Assembly (NCBI GenBank): GCA_963845515.1
Contig: CAWJSR010000040.1
Span: forward strand, 1-64,000
Origin: an uncultured delta proteobacterium
GTDB lineage: Bacteria; Myxococcota; Myxococcia; Myxococcales; Anaeromyxobacteraceae
Direction of reading: 5' to 3'
DNA: 64,000 bases
Below, piece after piece: positions 45,692 to 55,652 of the stretch; within the stretch, counting starts at the first letter, position 1; each line of letters starts with the position of its first letter. The notes under the pieces are model-generated. The model was not told where the DNA came from, searched no databases, and saw nothing but the letters and a program-made list of their open reading frames with translations. Made by a program: the position numbers and the translations under genes.

Positions 45692-48292
45692 CTACTTCTC
45701 GTCGATGAAGAAGGTGCTCGGCGCAGCCCCGGCGTTGCTCGATTCGGCCGGCGCCGTCCCCGCGAGGAAGTAGAGGGTGGGGGCGGTGGCGGACGCGGGC
45801 TCGTCGGTGCGCAGCCCCGAGGCGAGGTCGATCGTGGCCTGCTCGACGCCGGGCGGCGCGGCGAAGTCGGCGATCGGCCTCCCCCCGACCGCAGCCTGCA
45901 TGAACGAGAGCCACGCCGGCAGCGCCGCGCCGCCGCCCGTCTCCCGCGGCCCGAGCGGCGAGTGGTCGTCGAAGCCAATCCAGACGCCGGCGGCCAGGTC
46001 GGGGGTGAAGCCCACGAACCAGGCGTCCCGGTGATCCTGCGCGGTGCCTGTCTTCGCCGCCGCCGGGCGCGCCAGCGCCTTCGCTCCGGCGCCGGTCCCC
46101 GACTCGATGACGTCGCGCATCATCGTGAGCAGGACGAAGGAGACGTCCGGTCGCGTGCCGTCGGCGGGGACGGACCAGGGCTCCTCGATGCCGGTCGTCC
46201 CATCGCCGGGGGCCGCGGCGTCGGCGAGTGGCGGCGGGGCCGCGAGCCCGGGCGCCGGCCGCTCCTCGTGCAGGACCGCGCCCGTCCGATCGCGGACGCG
46301 CAGGATGAACACGGGAGGGGTGTGCCGCCCCTGGGCGGCGATCGAGGCATACGCGTTGACCAGCTCGAGCGGCGTCACCTCGCCGGTGCCGAGCGCCAGC
46401 GTGAGGTTGCGGGGCAGCTCGCCCGAGATCCCCATCCGCCTGGCGAAGTCGGCCACCCGGTCCACGCCGAGCGCGTCGAGGAGCTTCACCGAGACCGTGT
46501 TCTTGGACTGGGCGAGGGCGCGCTGGAGGAGCATCGGGCCATCGAACGCGTCGCGGTCGTAGTTCTTCGGCTTCCACTCCTTTCCGGTCCACGGATCGCG
46601 ATAGAGGTCCGGCGAGTCGTAGACGATCGTAGCCGGGGTGAACCGCCGGGACTCGATCGCGGCGCCCCAGACGAACGGCTTGAAGGCCGAGCCCGGCTGC
46701 CGCTTCGCCTGGATCGCCCGGTTGAACTGCGAGGCGGCGAAGTCGTAGCCGCCGACCAGCGCTCGCACGCCGCGCGTCGCCGGATCGACGACGACGAAGG
46801 CGCCCTGCACGAGCGGCTTCTGCTCGAGCGAGAGCGGCACCGGCTTCCCGGCGCGCGCCAGCCGGAGCGGCGGAGTCCGCCCCTGCATCACGCGCACGAG
46901 GACTATGTCCCCTCGCGCCACGACCGCCGACATCTGGCGCGGCGTCGCGGTCCCCGAGGTCGGGTTGAACTTGCGCGCCCACGTGACGTCCGAGAGCGGG
47001 AGCGTCCCCTTCGCGTTGCCCAGGTCGACCACCGCCTCCTTCTCGCGAACCTCGACCACCAGGCCGCCGTAGACGTCGAACGCCTCCAGCGGCCGCGGGC
47101 GAGCCATCCTGCCGACGGTGTCGTCGTCCTCCTCGGAGGGTTCGATGTCGCCCGCGTCGACGCGCGAGAGATCCCAGACCATCAGGGCGTCCGGGCGCGC
47201 CGCCGCCTCGAGCCGGGCTCTCCAGGCCGGTACCGCGGCGGCGAGCTGCTCCTCGCCCAGGTGCTGGATCGGGCCGCGCCAGCCCTGCCGCTTGTCGACC
47301 GCGCGCAGCCCTGCCATCAGGGCCGACTCGGCGTAGCGCTGGAGGAGCGGATCCATGGCGACCTCGACCTGGAACCCCTCGGTGTCGACCGCCTCGGCGC
47401 CGTACTGCTCGTCGAGCCAGCGGCGGACGGCGTCGGCGTACCAGGTGCCGGGGGGCTCCGCCTCCGGCGGGGAGGTGACGATCGCCCGCCGCTCCTCCGC
47501 GGACGCCTGCACGTCGGTGATGAACCCCTCCGAGGCCATCCGCTGGAGCACGTAGCGCTGCCGGTCCTTGGCGCCGATGGGGTGGCGCACGGGCGACCAG
47601 CGCGCAGGCGACTGGATCACGCCCGCCAGCATCGCGGCCTCTCCCAGCGTCACGTCCTTCACGGGCTTGTTGAAGAAGTAGCGGCTCGCCTCCTCGACGC
47701 CGTAGCGGCCGTGCCCGAAGTAGATCTGGTTCAGGTACAGGTAGAGGATGTCGTCCTTGCTCAGGTTCTGCTCGAGCCGCGGGGCGAGCACCAGCTCCTT
47801 CACCTTGCGCTTAAGCTTCCAGTCGCTCTGGAGGAGGAAGGTCTTCACCACCTGCTGCGTGATGGTGGAGCCGCCGCAGGCGAGCCGGCCGCGCAGGACG
47901 CCGCGGGCCGCACACTTGGCGATGGCCAGGTAGTTCACGCCCTGGTGCTGGTAGAAGCTGGCGTCCTCCGCCGCCACCACCGCCTTGCGCAAGACCACCG
48001 GGATCTCCTCGAAGGGGACCACCGTCCGGCGTTCCCGCGCGAAGACGAAGGCCTCGCCCCCGTCCGTGCCGACCACCCGCGTCGTCACGAGCGGCCGATA
48101 GTCCTTGAGCGTGTCGAAGGCCGGCAGCTCACGCGTCCAGGCCCAGAACGTGACGGTGCAGAGGAGCGCGAACGAGACGGCGGCGGCGGCGCCCCACTTG
48201 AGGGCGCGGCGAATGCGGGCGCGGCTGAGCACGGTGTCGGGGTCCTGCCCGGCGGGGGGAGCGCCACCGGCGATGGGGATGACGGGTTCCAC
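45692..48292 (-). CDS. Penicillin-binding protein 1A (class A)
   Basis: Motifs AEDASFYQH, GGSTITQQ, YLNQIYFG, RQPGSAFK, SKN and KTGT. Confidence 0.95.
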   Translation of the reverse strand: MEPVIPIAGGAPPAGQDPDTVLSRARIRRALKWGAAAAVSFALLCTVTFWAWTRELPAFDTLKDYRPLVTTRVVGTDGGEAFVFARERRTVVPFEEIPVVLRKAVVAAEDASFYQHQGVNYLAIAKCAARGVLRGRLACGGSTITQQVVKTFLLQSDWKLKRKVKELVLAPRLEQNLSKDDILYLYLNQIYFGHGRYGVEEASRYFFNKPVKDVTLGEAAMLAGVIQSPARWSPVRHPIGAKDRQRYVLQRMASEGFITDVQASAEERRAIVTSPPEAEPPGTWYADAVRRWLDEQYGAEAVDTEGFQVEVAMDPLLQRYAESALMAGLRAVDKRQGWRGPIQHLGEEQLAAAVPAWRARLEAAARPDALMVWDLSRVDAGDIEPSEEDDDTVGRMARPRPLEAFDVYGGLVVEVREKEAVVDLGNAKGTLPLSDVTWARKFNPTSGTATPRQMSAVVARGDIVLVRVMQGRTPPLRLARAGKPVPLSLEQKPLVQGAFVVVDPATRGVRALVGGYDFAASQFNRAIQAKRQPGSAFKPFVWGAAIESRRFTPATIVYDSPDLYRDPWTGKEWKPKNYDRDAFDGPMLLQRALAQSKNTVSVKLLDALGVDRVADFARRMGISGELPRNLTLALGTGEVTPLELVNAYASIAAQGRHTPPVFILRVRDRTGAVLHEERPAPGLAAPPPLADAAAPGDGTTGIEEPWSVPADGTRPDVSFVLLTMMRDVIESGTGAGAKALARPAAAKTGTAQDHRDAWFVGFTPDLAAGVWIGFDDHSPLGPRETGGGAALPAWLSFMQAAVGGRPIADFAAPPGVEQATIDLASGLRTDEPASATAPTLYFLAGTAPAESSNAGAAPSTFFIDEK

Positions 48293-48489
48293 GTCGAGTC
48301 CGGGACGATACGCCGGACGACCCTCCGGGGGAAGGGGCGCGAGAATCGCACCGCTCGGGGGAATACCCAGATGGCGCGGTCGCTTATGCCGCCGTCAGTT
48401 AGTTTGACGCCCGACGCTTACGGCGTGACATATCGATATCGCTCGTGCCGGGTACCGCACCCCGCGGTGGCCTGCGCGCGGGAGGGATT

Positions 48490-49227
48490 ATGAGACGCCT
48501 CCAGATCTCCATGTTCGGGTTGGTTGGGCTCCTCTGGGTGACCGGCTGTCCGGTCAAGCCGAAGCAGGGCGAGTGTCACAGCAGCGCGGACTGCGCAGCG
48601 GAGGGCGGGCTGGGCTCGGTCTGCGTCGAGGGCCGGTGCCAGGAGTGCGGCGCCGACGCCGACTGCAAGACCGGCTTCGTGTGCCGCTCGTGGAAGTGCA
48701 TCCCGAGGCCCGAGTGCGCCGCCGACGCCGACTGCCCCGACGGGAAGGCCTGCGAGTCGGAGCGGTGCGTGGCGAAGAAGGCGGCGGAGCGGAAGCGCGA
48801 GTGCGCCTCGCACGTCGACTGCGGCGAGGGGCGACTCTGCGACGCCGAGGGGCGCTGCGTCGACCGGGCGGAGTCCGAGGAGCCGGCGTGCGCCGAGCGG
48901 GCGACCTGGGTGGTTCGGTTCGGGTTCGACGAGGCTGCCATCATCCCCGACGCACAGGCGAAGCTCCAGACGATCGCGGGCTGCCTGCGCAAGGCGCCGG
49001 CCGGTCGCATCGTGGTCACCGGCCACTGTGACGAGCGAGGGACGACCGAGTACAACCTCGCGCTCGGGAGCCGCCGCGCCGAGGCGGCCCGGAAGTACCT
49101 CGCCGACCTGGGCGTCGCGGGGACCCTCGAGACGGTCACGCTCGGCAAGGAGCGCCCCGTCTGCGCCGAGTCCACCGAGTCCTGCTGGGCGCAGAACCGG
49201 CGCGCCGAGATCATGGTGTCCAAGTGA
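48490..49227 (+). CDS. Pal/OmpA-family lipoprotein with N-terminal Cys-rich repeats
   Basis: Lipobox VTGC, four C-x4-DC...C...C modules, then GHCDERGTTEYNLALGSRRA and QNRRAE. Confidence 0.85.
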   Translation: MRRLQISMFGLVGLLWVTGCPVKPKQGECHSSADCAAEGGLGSVCVEGRCQECGADADCKTGFVCRSWKCIPRPECAADADCPDGKACESERCVAKKAAERKRECASHVDCGEGRLCDAEGRCVDRAESEEPACAERATWVVRFGFDEAAIIPDAQAKLQTIAGCLRKAPAGRIVVTGHCDERGTTEYNLALGSRRAEAARKYLADLGVAGTLETVTLGKERPVCAESTESCWAQNRRAEIMVSK

Positions 49228-50084
49228 GCGTGAGGTCGCTCGCCGTCGTCTCCGCCCTGGTCGCGCTCGCCGGCTGCTTCGTCCCGCTCGAGCGCGGCCG
49301 CCAGATGGAGCTCCGGCTGGATCGGCTCGAGGCCGACGCTTCGGACGCCTCCAGGCGGCTCGACGACCAGCGGGTGGTCTTCAAGGACCGGATCGCCAGG
49401 GTCGACGCGAAGCTCGCCGAGGTCCAGAAGAAGCTCGACGAGCTCAACCAGTCCGCGCGGCGCAGCGGCGCCGATCTCTCGGTCGGGATCGACAAGCTGA
49501 GGGAGGAGCTCTCCCGGCTCCGCGGCGACCTCGAGGTCGGCCAGCACAAGCTCGCCGAGGTGGAGCGGCTGGTGGAGAAGCTGCGTGGCGACACCGACGG
49601 GAGGCTCGCCGCGCTCAAGGGCTCCGGCGCGCTCGACGAGTACGAGGCGCGCAGGAAGATCGCGGCCCTCGAGAAGCCGGACGACAGGGCGGCAGTCGTG
49701 GCGCTCGGTGAGAAGGAGGAGGCGGCGGGCCAGCGCGGCGTCGCCCTCGAGATCTACGAGCACGTCGTCAGCCGCTGGCCGGCCGACCCGAAGGCGGCCG
49801 AGGCTGGCTACCGGGCCGGACGGATCCTCCTCTCGCAGAAGCGCTGGCGCGACGCGATCCTCGCCCTCGGGCGAGTGGCCGAGACCCATCCGAAGTCGGA
49901 GCAGGCCCCGGAGGCCATGGTCGGGGTCGGAGAGGCGATGACCGAGCTCGGGATGGCCGACGACGCGAAGGCGATCCTCCAGCAGGTCCTCGACAAGTAC
50001 CCCAAGGCTCCTGCCGCCAGGCGCGCGCGTGAGGCGCTCAACTCGCTGACCGCGGACGAGCGCAAGAAGCCGGCGCGGCGCTGA
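49224..50084 (+). CDS. CpoB/YbgF-like lipoprotein (coiled coil + TPR)
   Basis: Lipobox LAGC, a coiled coil, HPKSEQAPEAM and KYPKAPAA; downstream of pal. Confidence 0.75.
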   Translation: MSVRSLAVVSALVALAGCFVPLERGRQMELRLDRLEADASDASRRLDDQRVVFKDRIARVDAKLAEVQKKLDELNQSARRSGADLSVGIDKLREELSRLRGDLEVGQHKLAEVERLVEKLRGDTDGRLAALKGSGALDEYEARRKIAALEKPDDRAAVVALGEKEEAAGQRGVALEIYEHVVSRWPADPKAAEAGYRAGRILLSQKRWRDAILALGRVAETHPKSEQAPEAMVGVGEAMTELGMADDAKAILQQVLDKYPKAPAARRAREALNSLTADERKKPARR

Positions 50085-50099
50085 TCCCCGCGCGGGCCA

Positions 50100-51785
50100 C
50101 TAACCGTCACTCGGCCCACCTTCGGCCTCGTCCTCCTCGACGGGTGGCGGCTCGCCCGGTGCGCGCCCCTCGTCGTGCAGCGACCACTGGTTGATCCGCT
50201 TCATGATCGTGCTCTTCGCCAGCTTCAGCTCGCGCACCACCGCCGCGCGCCGGCCACGGTTCCGGCGCAGCGCCAGGCGGATCGCCTCCCGCTCGACCTC
50301 CTCCATCGTGAGGCCGCGGACGTAGAGGGTGTCGTCGTCACCGGTCTCCCCCGCGCCGGTCCGGGTGTCCTCGAAGACGATCGCGTCCTGCGTGACCAGC
50401 TGCCCCTCGCCGCGGAAGAGGAGCGCGCGCAGCACGACGTTGCGGAGCTGGCGCACGTTCCCTGGCCAGTCGTAGCCCTCCAGCCGGAGGAGCGCCCCCT
50501 CCGTCCACCGGAGCTGCTGGCCGCGCGGCGCCGACGCCTGGAGGAACAGCTCGGCCAGCGCGCGCACGTCGCCGCGCCTGGCCCGGAGCGGCGGCACGGT
50601 GATGGGGACGACGCAGAGCCGGTAGAAGAGATCCTCGCGGAACTTCCCCGCGCGGACCGCAGCCCGCAGGTCGCGGTGGGTGGCCGCGACGATCCGGGCG
50701 TCACACTGGATCGGGCGCGAGGCGCCGACGCGCTTCACCTCCCCCAGCTCCAGCACCCGCAGGAGCTTCGGCTGCAGGTCGAGCGGGAGCTCGCCCACCT
50801 CGTCGAGGAAGATCGTCCCGCCGTGCGCCTCCTCGAAGGCCCCCTTGCGCAGCCGCTCGGCGCCCGAGAACGCCCCCCGCTCGTGGCCGAAGAGCTCGCT
50901 CTCGATGAGCGTCTCGGCGATGGCGGAGCAGTTGACCGGGATGAAGGGCGCCGCCCGCCGCCCGGAGCGCCCGTGGAGCGCGCGCGCGACCAGCTCCTTC
51001 CCGACGCCCGTCTCCCCGAGGATCGTGACGGGGGCGTTCGACGGCGCGACCCGCTGGACCAGGTCGAAGACCTGGCACATGGCCGGGTCGCCGGAGAGCA
51101 TCCCCTCGAACGGCGCAGACCGTGCCGGTGGTGGCGCCGCGAGCGGCTCCAGGACCAGCTCGGCCTCACCCACCTGGAACGGGACTCCCAGGGGCACCTC
51201 CGCCCGCGCCACGCGCGCGCCTCCCAGGAAGGTCCCGTTGGTCGAGCCGAGATCGAGCAGGTGCCAGCGCCCTTCGCGCGCCTCGATCCTGAGGTGGCGG
51301 GCGGAGACGAAGGGGTCGTCGATGGCGACCTCGGCGCTGCCCCGCTTGCCGACCGTGACGCCGTCGAGCGTCAGTGACTCGACCCGCTCCTGCTCCCGCT
51401 CCCGGACGCGGATGCGCGCAGCGGGAGGGACGGGGCCGGCGGGCTGCTGCGGCCTGAGCCTGGTCGACCCTGCCTCGGCGCGCGTCGCCTCGTCGGCGCC
51501 GCTCTGCGCGGCGCGAAAGAGGGCTCGCCACGCGCCCAGGGCCAGCTCGGAGCCGTCCTGCAGCGGTGCCTCGTGCACCGTGCGCCCGCCGAGCCGCGTC
51601 CCCCGCCCGGACCGGTCCAGGAGCTGGAAGCCGTCGCCGCGCCGCTCGATGACGGCGTGGACGTGCGAGAGGGCGGGATCCGGGAGGACGACGTCGCACT
51701 CGGGGGCGCGGCCGATGGCGGTCCGCTCCCCTAGCGTCACGCGGAGGAGCTCCTCCCCGTGACGGAAGAAGGCTAGCTCGGGCAT
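50100..51785 (-). CDS. Sigma54 enhancer-binding protein with two FHA domains
   Basis: Two FHA domains, GETGVGKE, ESELFGHERGAFSGA and WPGNVRQL. Confidence 0.92.
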   Translation of the reverse strand: MPELAFFRHGEELLRVTLGERTAIGRAPECDVVLPDPALSHVHAVIERRGDGFQLLDRSGRGTRLGGRTVHEAPLQDGSELALGAWRALFRAAQSGADEATRAEAGSTRLRPQQPAGPVPPAARIRVREREQERVESLTLDGVTVGKRGSAEVAIDDPFVSARHLRIEAREGRWHLLDLGSTNGTFLGGARVARAEVPLGVPFQVGEAELVLEPLAAPPPARSAPFEGMLSGDPAMCQVFDLVQRVAPSNAPVTILGETGVGKELVARALHGRSGRRAAPFIPVNCSAIAETLIESELFGHERGAFSGAERLRKGAFEEAHGGTIFLDEVGELPLDLQPKLLRVLELGEVKRVGASRPIQCDARIVAATHRDLRAAVRAGKFREDLFYRLCVVPITVPPLRARRGDVRALAELFLQASAPRGQQLRWTEGALLRLEGYDWPGNVRQLRNVVLRALLFRGEGQLVTQDAIVFEDTRTGAGETGDDDTLYVRGLTMEEVEREAIRLALRRNRGRRAAVVRELKLAKSTIMKRINQWSLHDEGRAPGEPPPVEEDEAEGGPSDG

Positions 51786-51829
51786 GCCTTGAGCTTACAG
51801 TGAACCGCGCTGAGGGTGAAGGTCTTCCC

Positions 51830-52654
51830 TCAGCGGCCGACGAGCGCCTCGAACTCCGGGAGCCCCTCGAGGGTGTCGAACATCCTGTCCGCCTGGATCC
51901 AGCCCTTCACCCGGGGTCCGTCCAGATCCATGGCGGCGCGGAGCGCGACGAGGGCCTGGCTAGGGCGGCCCCACAGGGCGTACAGCGCGGCGGTGTTGTA
52001 GTGGAGCAGGATGTCGTCGGCCTTCAGCTCGCGGGCCTTGGCGTAGGCGCGCTCGGACTCGGCGTAGAAGCCCTTCTGCGCGAAGCAGATGCCGAGGTCC
52101 AGGTGGGCCTCGAAGCTCTCCGGCTCCAGCCTCACGACCTCCTTGAGCTGGGCGATGGCGGCGCGGTAGTCGCCCGCGTCCATCTGGAGGGCGGCCAGCT
52201 CGTGCCGCGGGTACGCGTCCTTCGGCGCCAGCTCGACCGCCCTGCGCAGCGCCCGCTCGGCCTCCGCGGTCTCGCCCTGCTCGGCGAGGGTGAGCCCCAG
52301 GTTCAGGTGGGTGTCCGGGTGCTCCGGGTCGAGGGCGAGCGAGGAGCGGTACTCCTCCACCGCCATCTCCAGGGCGTGCGTCGCGAGGAAGTTGGCGAGG
52401 TTGTAGTGGGCGGTCGGCGCGTCCGGGTCGAGGTCCAGCGCGGTGAGGTACTCCGAGAGCGCCTCCCGGAACTGCTTCTTCTCGGCGAAGACCGTCGCGA
52501 GGTTGTCGTGCGCGTGGGAGCTCTCCGGGTCGAGGTCGATCGCCTTCCGGAACTCCTTGACGGCCTCGTCGAGCCAGCCGCGGTCGGCCAGCTCGATCCC
52601 GCGCGCGTTGTGCTGGTCCGACTGGGTGATCCTGTCCTTCTTGTCGCCGCTCAC
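51830..52654 (-). CDS. TPR protein
   Basis: Repeated AHDNL/AHYNL/HLNLG TPR motifs. Confidence 0.85.
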   Translation of the reverse strand: MSGDKKDRITQSDQHNARGIELADRGWLDEAVKEFRKAIDLDPESSHAHDNLATVFAEKKQFREALSEYLTALDLDPDAPTAHYNLANFLATHALEMAVEEYRSSLALDPEHPDTHLNLGLTLAEQGETAEAERALRRAVELAPKDAYPRHELAALQMDAGDYRAAIAQLKEVVRLEPESFEAHLDLGICFAQKGFYAESERAYAKARELKADDILLHYNTAALYALWGRPSQALVALRAAMDLDGPRVKGWIQADRMFDTLEGLPEFEALVGR

Positions 52655-52712
52655 GCGGGGAAGTCTACTCGGAACGGGTTCGTGGCGCTCGCGGGCACCC
52701 GCCAGCCCTGGA

Positions 52713-53177
52713 TCACAGGCCGCCGACGATCTTCCAGGCGCCGTCGATCCTGGCTAGCCGCATGCGGTGGAGATCCTGGTCGCGCCGGGGCACGATCCCC
52801 TGCGGCGTCTGGATCCGGTACCAGCCGTCGGACCAGAGCTCGGCGACGGCGGTCCCGCCGTCGACCACGATGTTGCGGACCTGGATCTCGACGCGGAGCG
52901 ACTCGAGCCGTCCGAGGTCGGCCGGCAGGGACTGCTCCAGCCGCGCGAAGTCGAGGTCGTCGGCCGGGTCGGCGCTGCCGCCGTTGTCGAAGTATTCGGG
53001 CGAGACGAGCGCCAGGAGCGCCGCTGCGTCACGGCGCTGGAGCGCCTCGGAGTAACCTTTCACCACCGCGTAGATGGCCCGGTTCTCCTCGGTGTCCGTG
53101 ACGTCGGTGCCGGGGATACGGTGGGTGGCGCAGGCTGCGAGCAGCAGGGCGGCAGGGAGCAGGGCTCGTGGGCTCAT
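52713..53177 (-). CDS. Lipoprotein, NTF2/SnoaL-like
   Basis: Lipobox LAAC; ends DGAWKIVGGL. Confidence 0.7.
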   Translation of the reverse strand: MSPRALLPAALLLAACATHRIPGTDVTDTEENRAIYAVVKGYSEALQRRDAAALLALVSPEYFDNGGSADPADDLDFARLEQSLPADLGRLESLRVEIQVRNIVVDGGTAVAELWSDGWYRIQTPQGIVPRRDQDLHRMRLARIDGAWKIVGGL

Positions 53178-53307
53178 GGCGCCGAGGGTTAGCGCGGGAG
53201 GCGAGGGTAGTCAATCGGCCGAGTCGGTCGCACCCGGCGGGCGCCCCCTGATATCGGAGCGTGCGTCGACTTTCGCGGTGGGTGCGTCCGCGTTAACATC
53301 GTTCAGG

Positions 53308-53673
53308 ATGCGTGAACACCGCGAGCACACGAGAGCGCCGATCGAGCTGAAGGTCGACTACAAGAAGCTCAACAGCTTCTTCGCCGACTTCACCAAGAAC
53401 ATCTCGAAGGGCGGCACGTTCATCAAGACGAAGAAGACCCTGCCGATCGGCACGCGCTTCCTGTTCCGCCTCTCCGTGCCCGCCCGCGAGGACCCCTTCC
53501 AGCTGCTCGGCGAGGTGGTCCACGCAGAGACGGCCGGCGAGGAGCCCGGGATGGGCATCCGCTTCGTCTGGGAGGACGATCGCGACCGGATCGAGTTCGA
53601 GTCGCTGGTCGCGGGGCTCATGTCCGAGAGCCTCGGGCCCGTCGTCACCCAGGCGCTGCTGCGCAAGCAGTAG
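53308..53673 (+). CDS. PilZ-like protein (myxobacterial TIGR02266 type)
   Basis: Motifs REHTR, NISKGGTFI and GMGIRF. Confidence 0.88.
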   Translation: MREHREHTRAPIELKVDYKKLNSFFADFTKNISKGGTFIKTKKTLPIGTRFLFRLSVPAREDPFQLLGEVVHAETAGEEPGMGIRFVWEDDRDRIEFESLVAGLMSESLGPVVTQALLRKQ

Positions 53674-53676
53674 GGC

Positions 53677-54159
53677 TCAAGGAAACGGTACGCCCTCGAA
53701 CCGGACCTGATCTCCGGGGCCGACGCCGTGCGCCTCGGCCCACCCGCCGTTCACCTCGAGGACGAAGCGGCTCCGCCCGCCGGAGCGAGGCTCCAGCGAG
53801 CCGGGTGTCGCGCGCGCCACCACGCCGCTCACCCGCCCGTCGTCGTCGATGAAGATCATGTCGAGCGGGATGAGGGTGTTCTTCATCCAGAACGCGTGCT
53901 CGCCCGCCTCCTCGAACAGGAACAGCATGCCGGCGTCGGGTGCGAGCGAGTTCCTGAACATGAGGCCGCGGGCGCGCTCCTCGTCCGTACGCACGACCTC
54001 CACCTCCACGGACAGGCGACCGCCCCGGCGCGGCTCGAGCACGACGCGAGGGGAGGAGGAGGCGGCCAGTGCCTGGTGGGCGCCGCCGCGGTCGCCGTTC
54101 GTGCAGGACACGAGCAGGAGCGCGGCGCCGATCGAAAGGGCCGCCGAAACGGCGTTCAT
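53677..54159 (-). CDS. DUF192 protein
   Basis: Motifs GLMFR, GMLFLF, FWMKNTLIPLDMIF and VLEVNGG. Confidence 0.92.
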   Translation of the reverse strand: MNAVSAALSIGAALLLVSCTNGDRGGAHQALAASSSPRVVLEPRRGGRLSVEVEVVRTDEERARGLMFRNSLAPDAGMLFLFEEAGEHAFWMKNTLIPLDMIFIDDDGRVSGVVARATPGSLEPRSGGRSRFVLEVNGGWAEAHGVGPGDQVRFEGVPFP

Positions 54160-54160
54160 G

Positions 54161-54604
54161 TCACTGGAGCGGGACGGCGCAGTACCGCGAGTAGCGGGCG
54201 TCGCCGAGGTAGATGTCGGCGAGGGTCCTGCCGTCTGCGGTGACCTGGCTCTCGAGGTACGCGATGTACGCGGGATCGAGGACCAGCTGCCGGCACACGA
54301 GCCCGGTCTCCGACTTGTAGCACTCCGTGTCGGAGACGCAGGGCTTCGAGCAGTATCCGCACTTCGTGCCGTCACACGAGGAGTACTCGCCCGACTTGGC
54401 CGGGGACGCGATGCAGATGAGGCTGTCGCAGCCGAGGTTCCCGGTCTCGAGGTAATCACCATCTATCGAGGCTGGCTGCGGATTGAGATCAGCGGCCACG
54501 TCGCGCGGGATCTGGCAGCGATCACCCACGTCGGGAGGCTGACACCCCAGGGCGAGGGTGACGCTTGCTACGACGGCCAGAAGGGGCACCCGGTAGACGC
54601 GCAT
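54161..54604 (-). CDS. cglC: Gliding lipoprotein CglC/GltK
   Basis: Lipobox LGC, Cys-rich CDSLIC, GYCSKPC and LVCRQLVLD; divergent from the gltB/A/C genes. Confidence 0.75.
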   Translation of the reverse strand: MRVYRVPLLAVVASVTLALGCQPPDVGDRCQIPRDVAADLNPQPASIDGDYLETGNLGCDSLICIASPAKSGEYSSCDGTKCGYCSKPCVSDTECYKSETGLVCRQLVLDPAYIAYLESQVTADGRTLADIYLGDARYSRYCAVPLQ

Positions 54605-54749
54605 CACGACCGAACGGTTAGCACGCGCTCGGGGTGACGGCAAGGAGTGGATAATCATGTGCGCGCGTGCGCGCCGACAACTCATACGCACGGTTGCCCC
54701 TCTTCTGGATTTTGTTAGGATGCCCCGCGTCCACTAAATGGGGGTCGGG

Positions 54750-55652
54750 ATGAGGCTGCGGAAGACGATCGCCATGTTCCTTGTAGCGCTACCGGTTGCC
54801 GGAGCGCCGCAAGGGCTCGAGGGGCTAGACTTCTCCGCGCCGCGGAGGAGCGCGCAGCCAGATCCGCTGCCGCCGCCCTCCGACGACGACGAGCTGCCAG
54901 CGCAGCCATCGGAGCCTGCCGAGCCTAAGCCGGCTGAGAAGCAGGTCGAGCCGGCGGCCGAGAAGGCGGCGGGTGGGCAGGCAGACCTCCTCGCGTTGCC
55001 GGAGGGTGACGTGGCGCTCGGAGACCGGGTCAAGGCGGTCCAGCGCAAGGGCTTCCTGAAGCGTCACAGGTTCGAGCTCACCCCGCTCTTCGCGGCGACG
55101 GTGAACGACGCATTCTATCAGAAGGTGGGCGGCGGCCTGCGCGCGGCCTACAACTTCCAGGACAACTTCGCGCTGGCGGTGCGCGGCGTCGTCTATGACT
55201 TCGAGATGGGCCCGTTCAAGCTCCATCCACTCCGGACCGACAACGTCCGCGAGGGGAAGGTCGCGTTCGGGAGCCAGCTGCTCAACTCCCAGATCTACAA
55301 GCTCGCGATGGTCGACGGCATTTGGTCGCCGATCTACGGCAAGGCCGCCTGGCTGAACCGGAGCATCGTCCACTTCGATCTCTTCCTGACGGCGGGCTTC
55401 GGCGCGGTCTGGAGCGCCACGAGCTACGACAGCCCCGGCAAGGATGGGCTCGGGCCGCACATCGCAGCGGACGTCGGGGCGGGGCTGCGGTTCTATCCGA
55501 TGGAGTGGCTCGCGTTCGAGGCCGGGATGATGCTGACCCTCTACCCGGACCAGCCGGTCGAGTCGGTCCCCGGAACGGTGCAGAAGGTGCTCACCGCCAA
55601 CCTGGGCGTCTCGTTCTTCCTCCCCACGCGCTTCGAGTACTTCTACCCATGA
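54750..55652 (+). CDS. gltB: Gliding outer-membrane beta-barrel (GltA/GltB family; gltB by synteny)
   Basis: Motifs VKAVQRKGFLK--RFEL, NDAFY and WSPIYGK. Confidence 0.65.
   Translation: MRLRKTIAMFLVALPVAGAPQGLEGLDFSAPRRSAQPDPLPPPSDDDELPAQPSEPAEPKPAEKQVEPAAEKAAGGQADLLALPEGDVALGDRVKAVQRKGFLKRHRFELTPLFAATVNDAFYQKVGGGLRAAYNFQDNFALAVRGVVYDFEMGPFKLHPLRTDNVREGKVAFGSQLLNSQIYKLAMVDGIWSPIYGKAAWLNRSIVHFDLFLTAGFGAVWSATSYDSPGKDGLGPHIAADVGAGLRFYPMEWLAFEAGMMLTLYPDQPVESVPGTVQKVLTANLGVSFFLPTRFEYFYP

Noticed and set aside
48428..48440. ATATCGATAT palindrome between PBP1A and pal
   Set aside because: Too short to support an operator call by itself.
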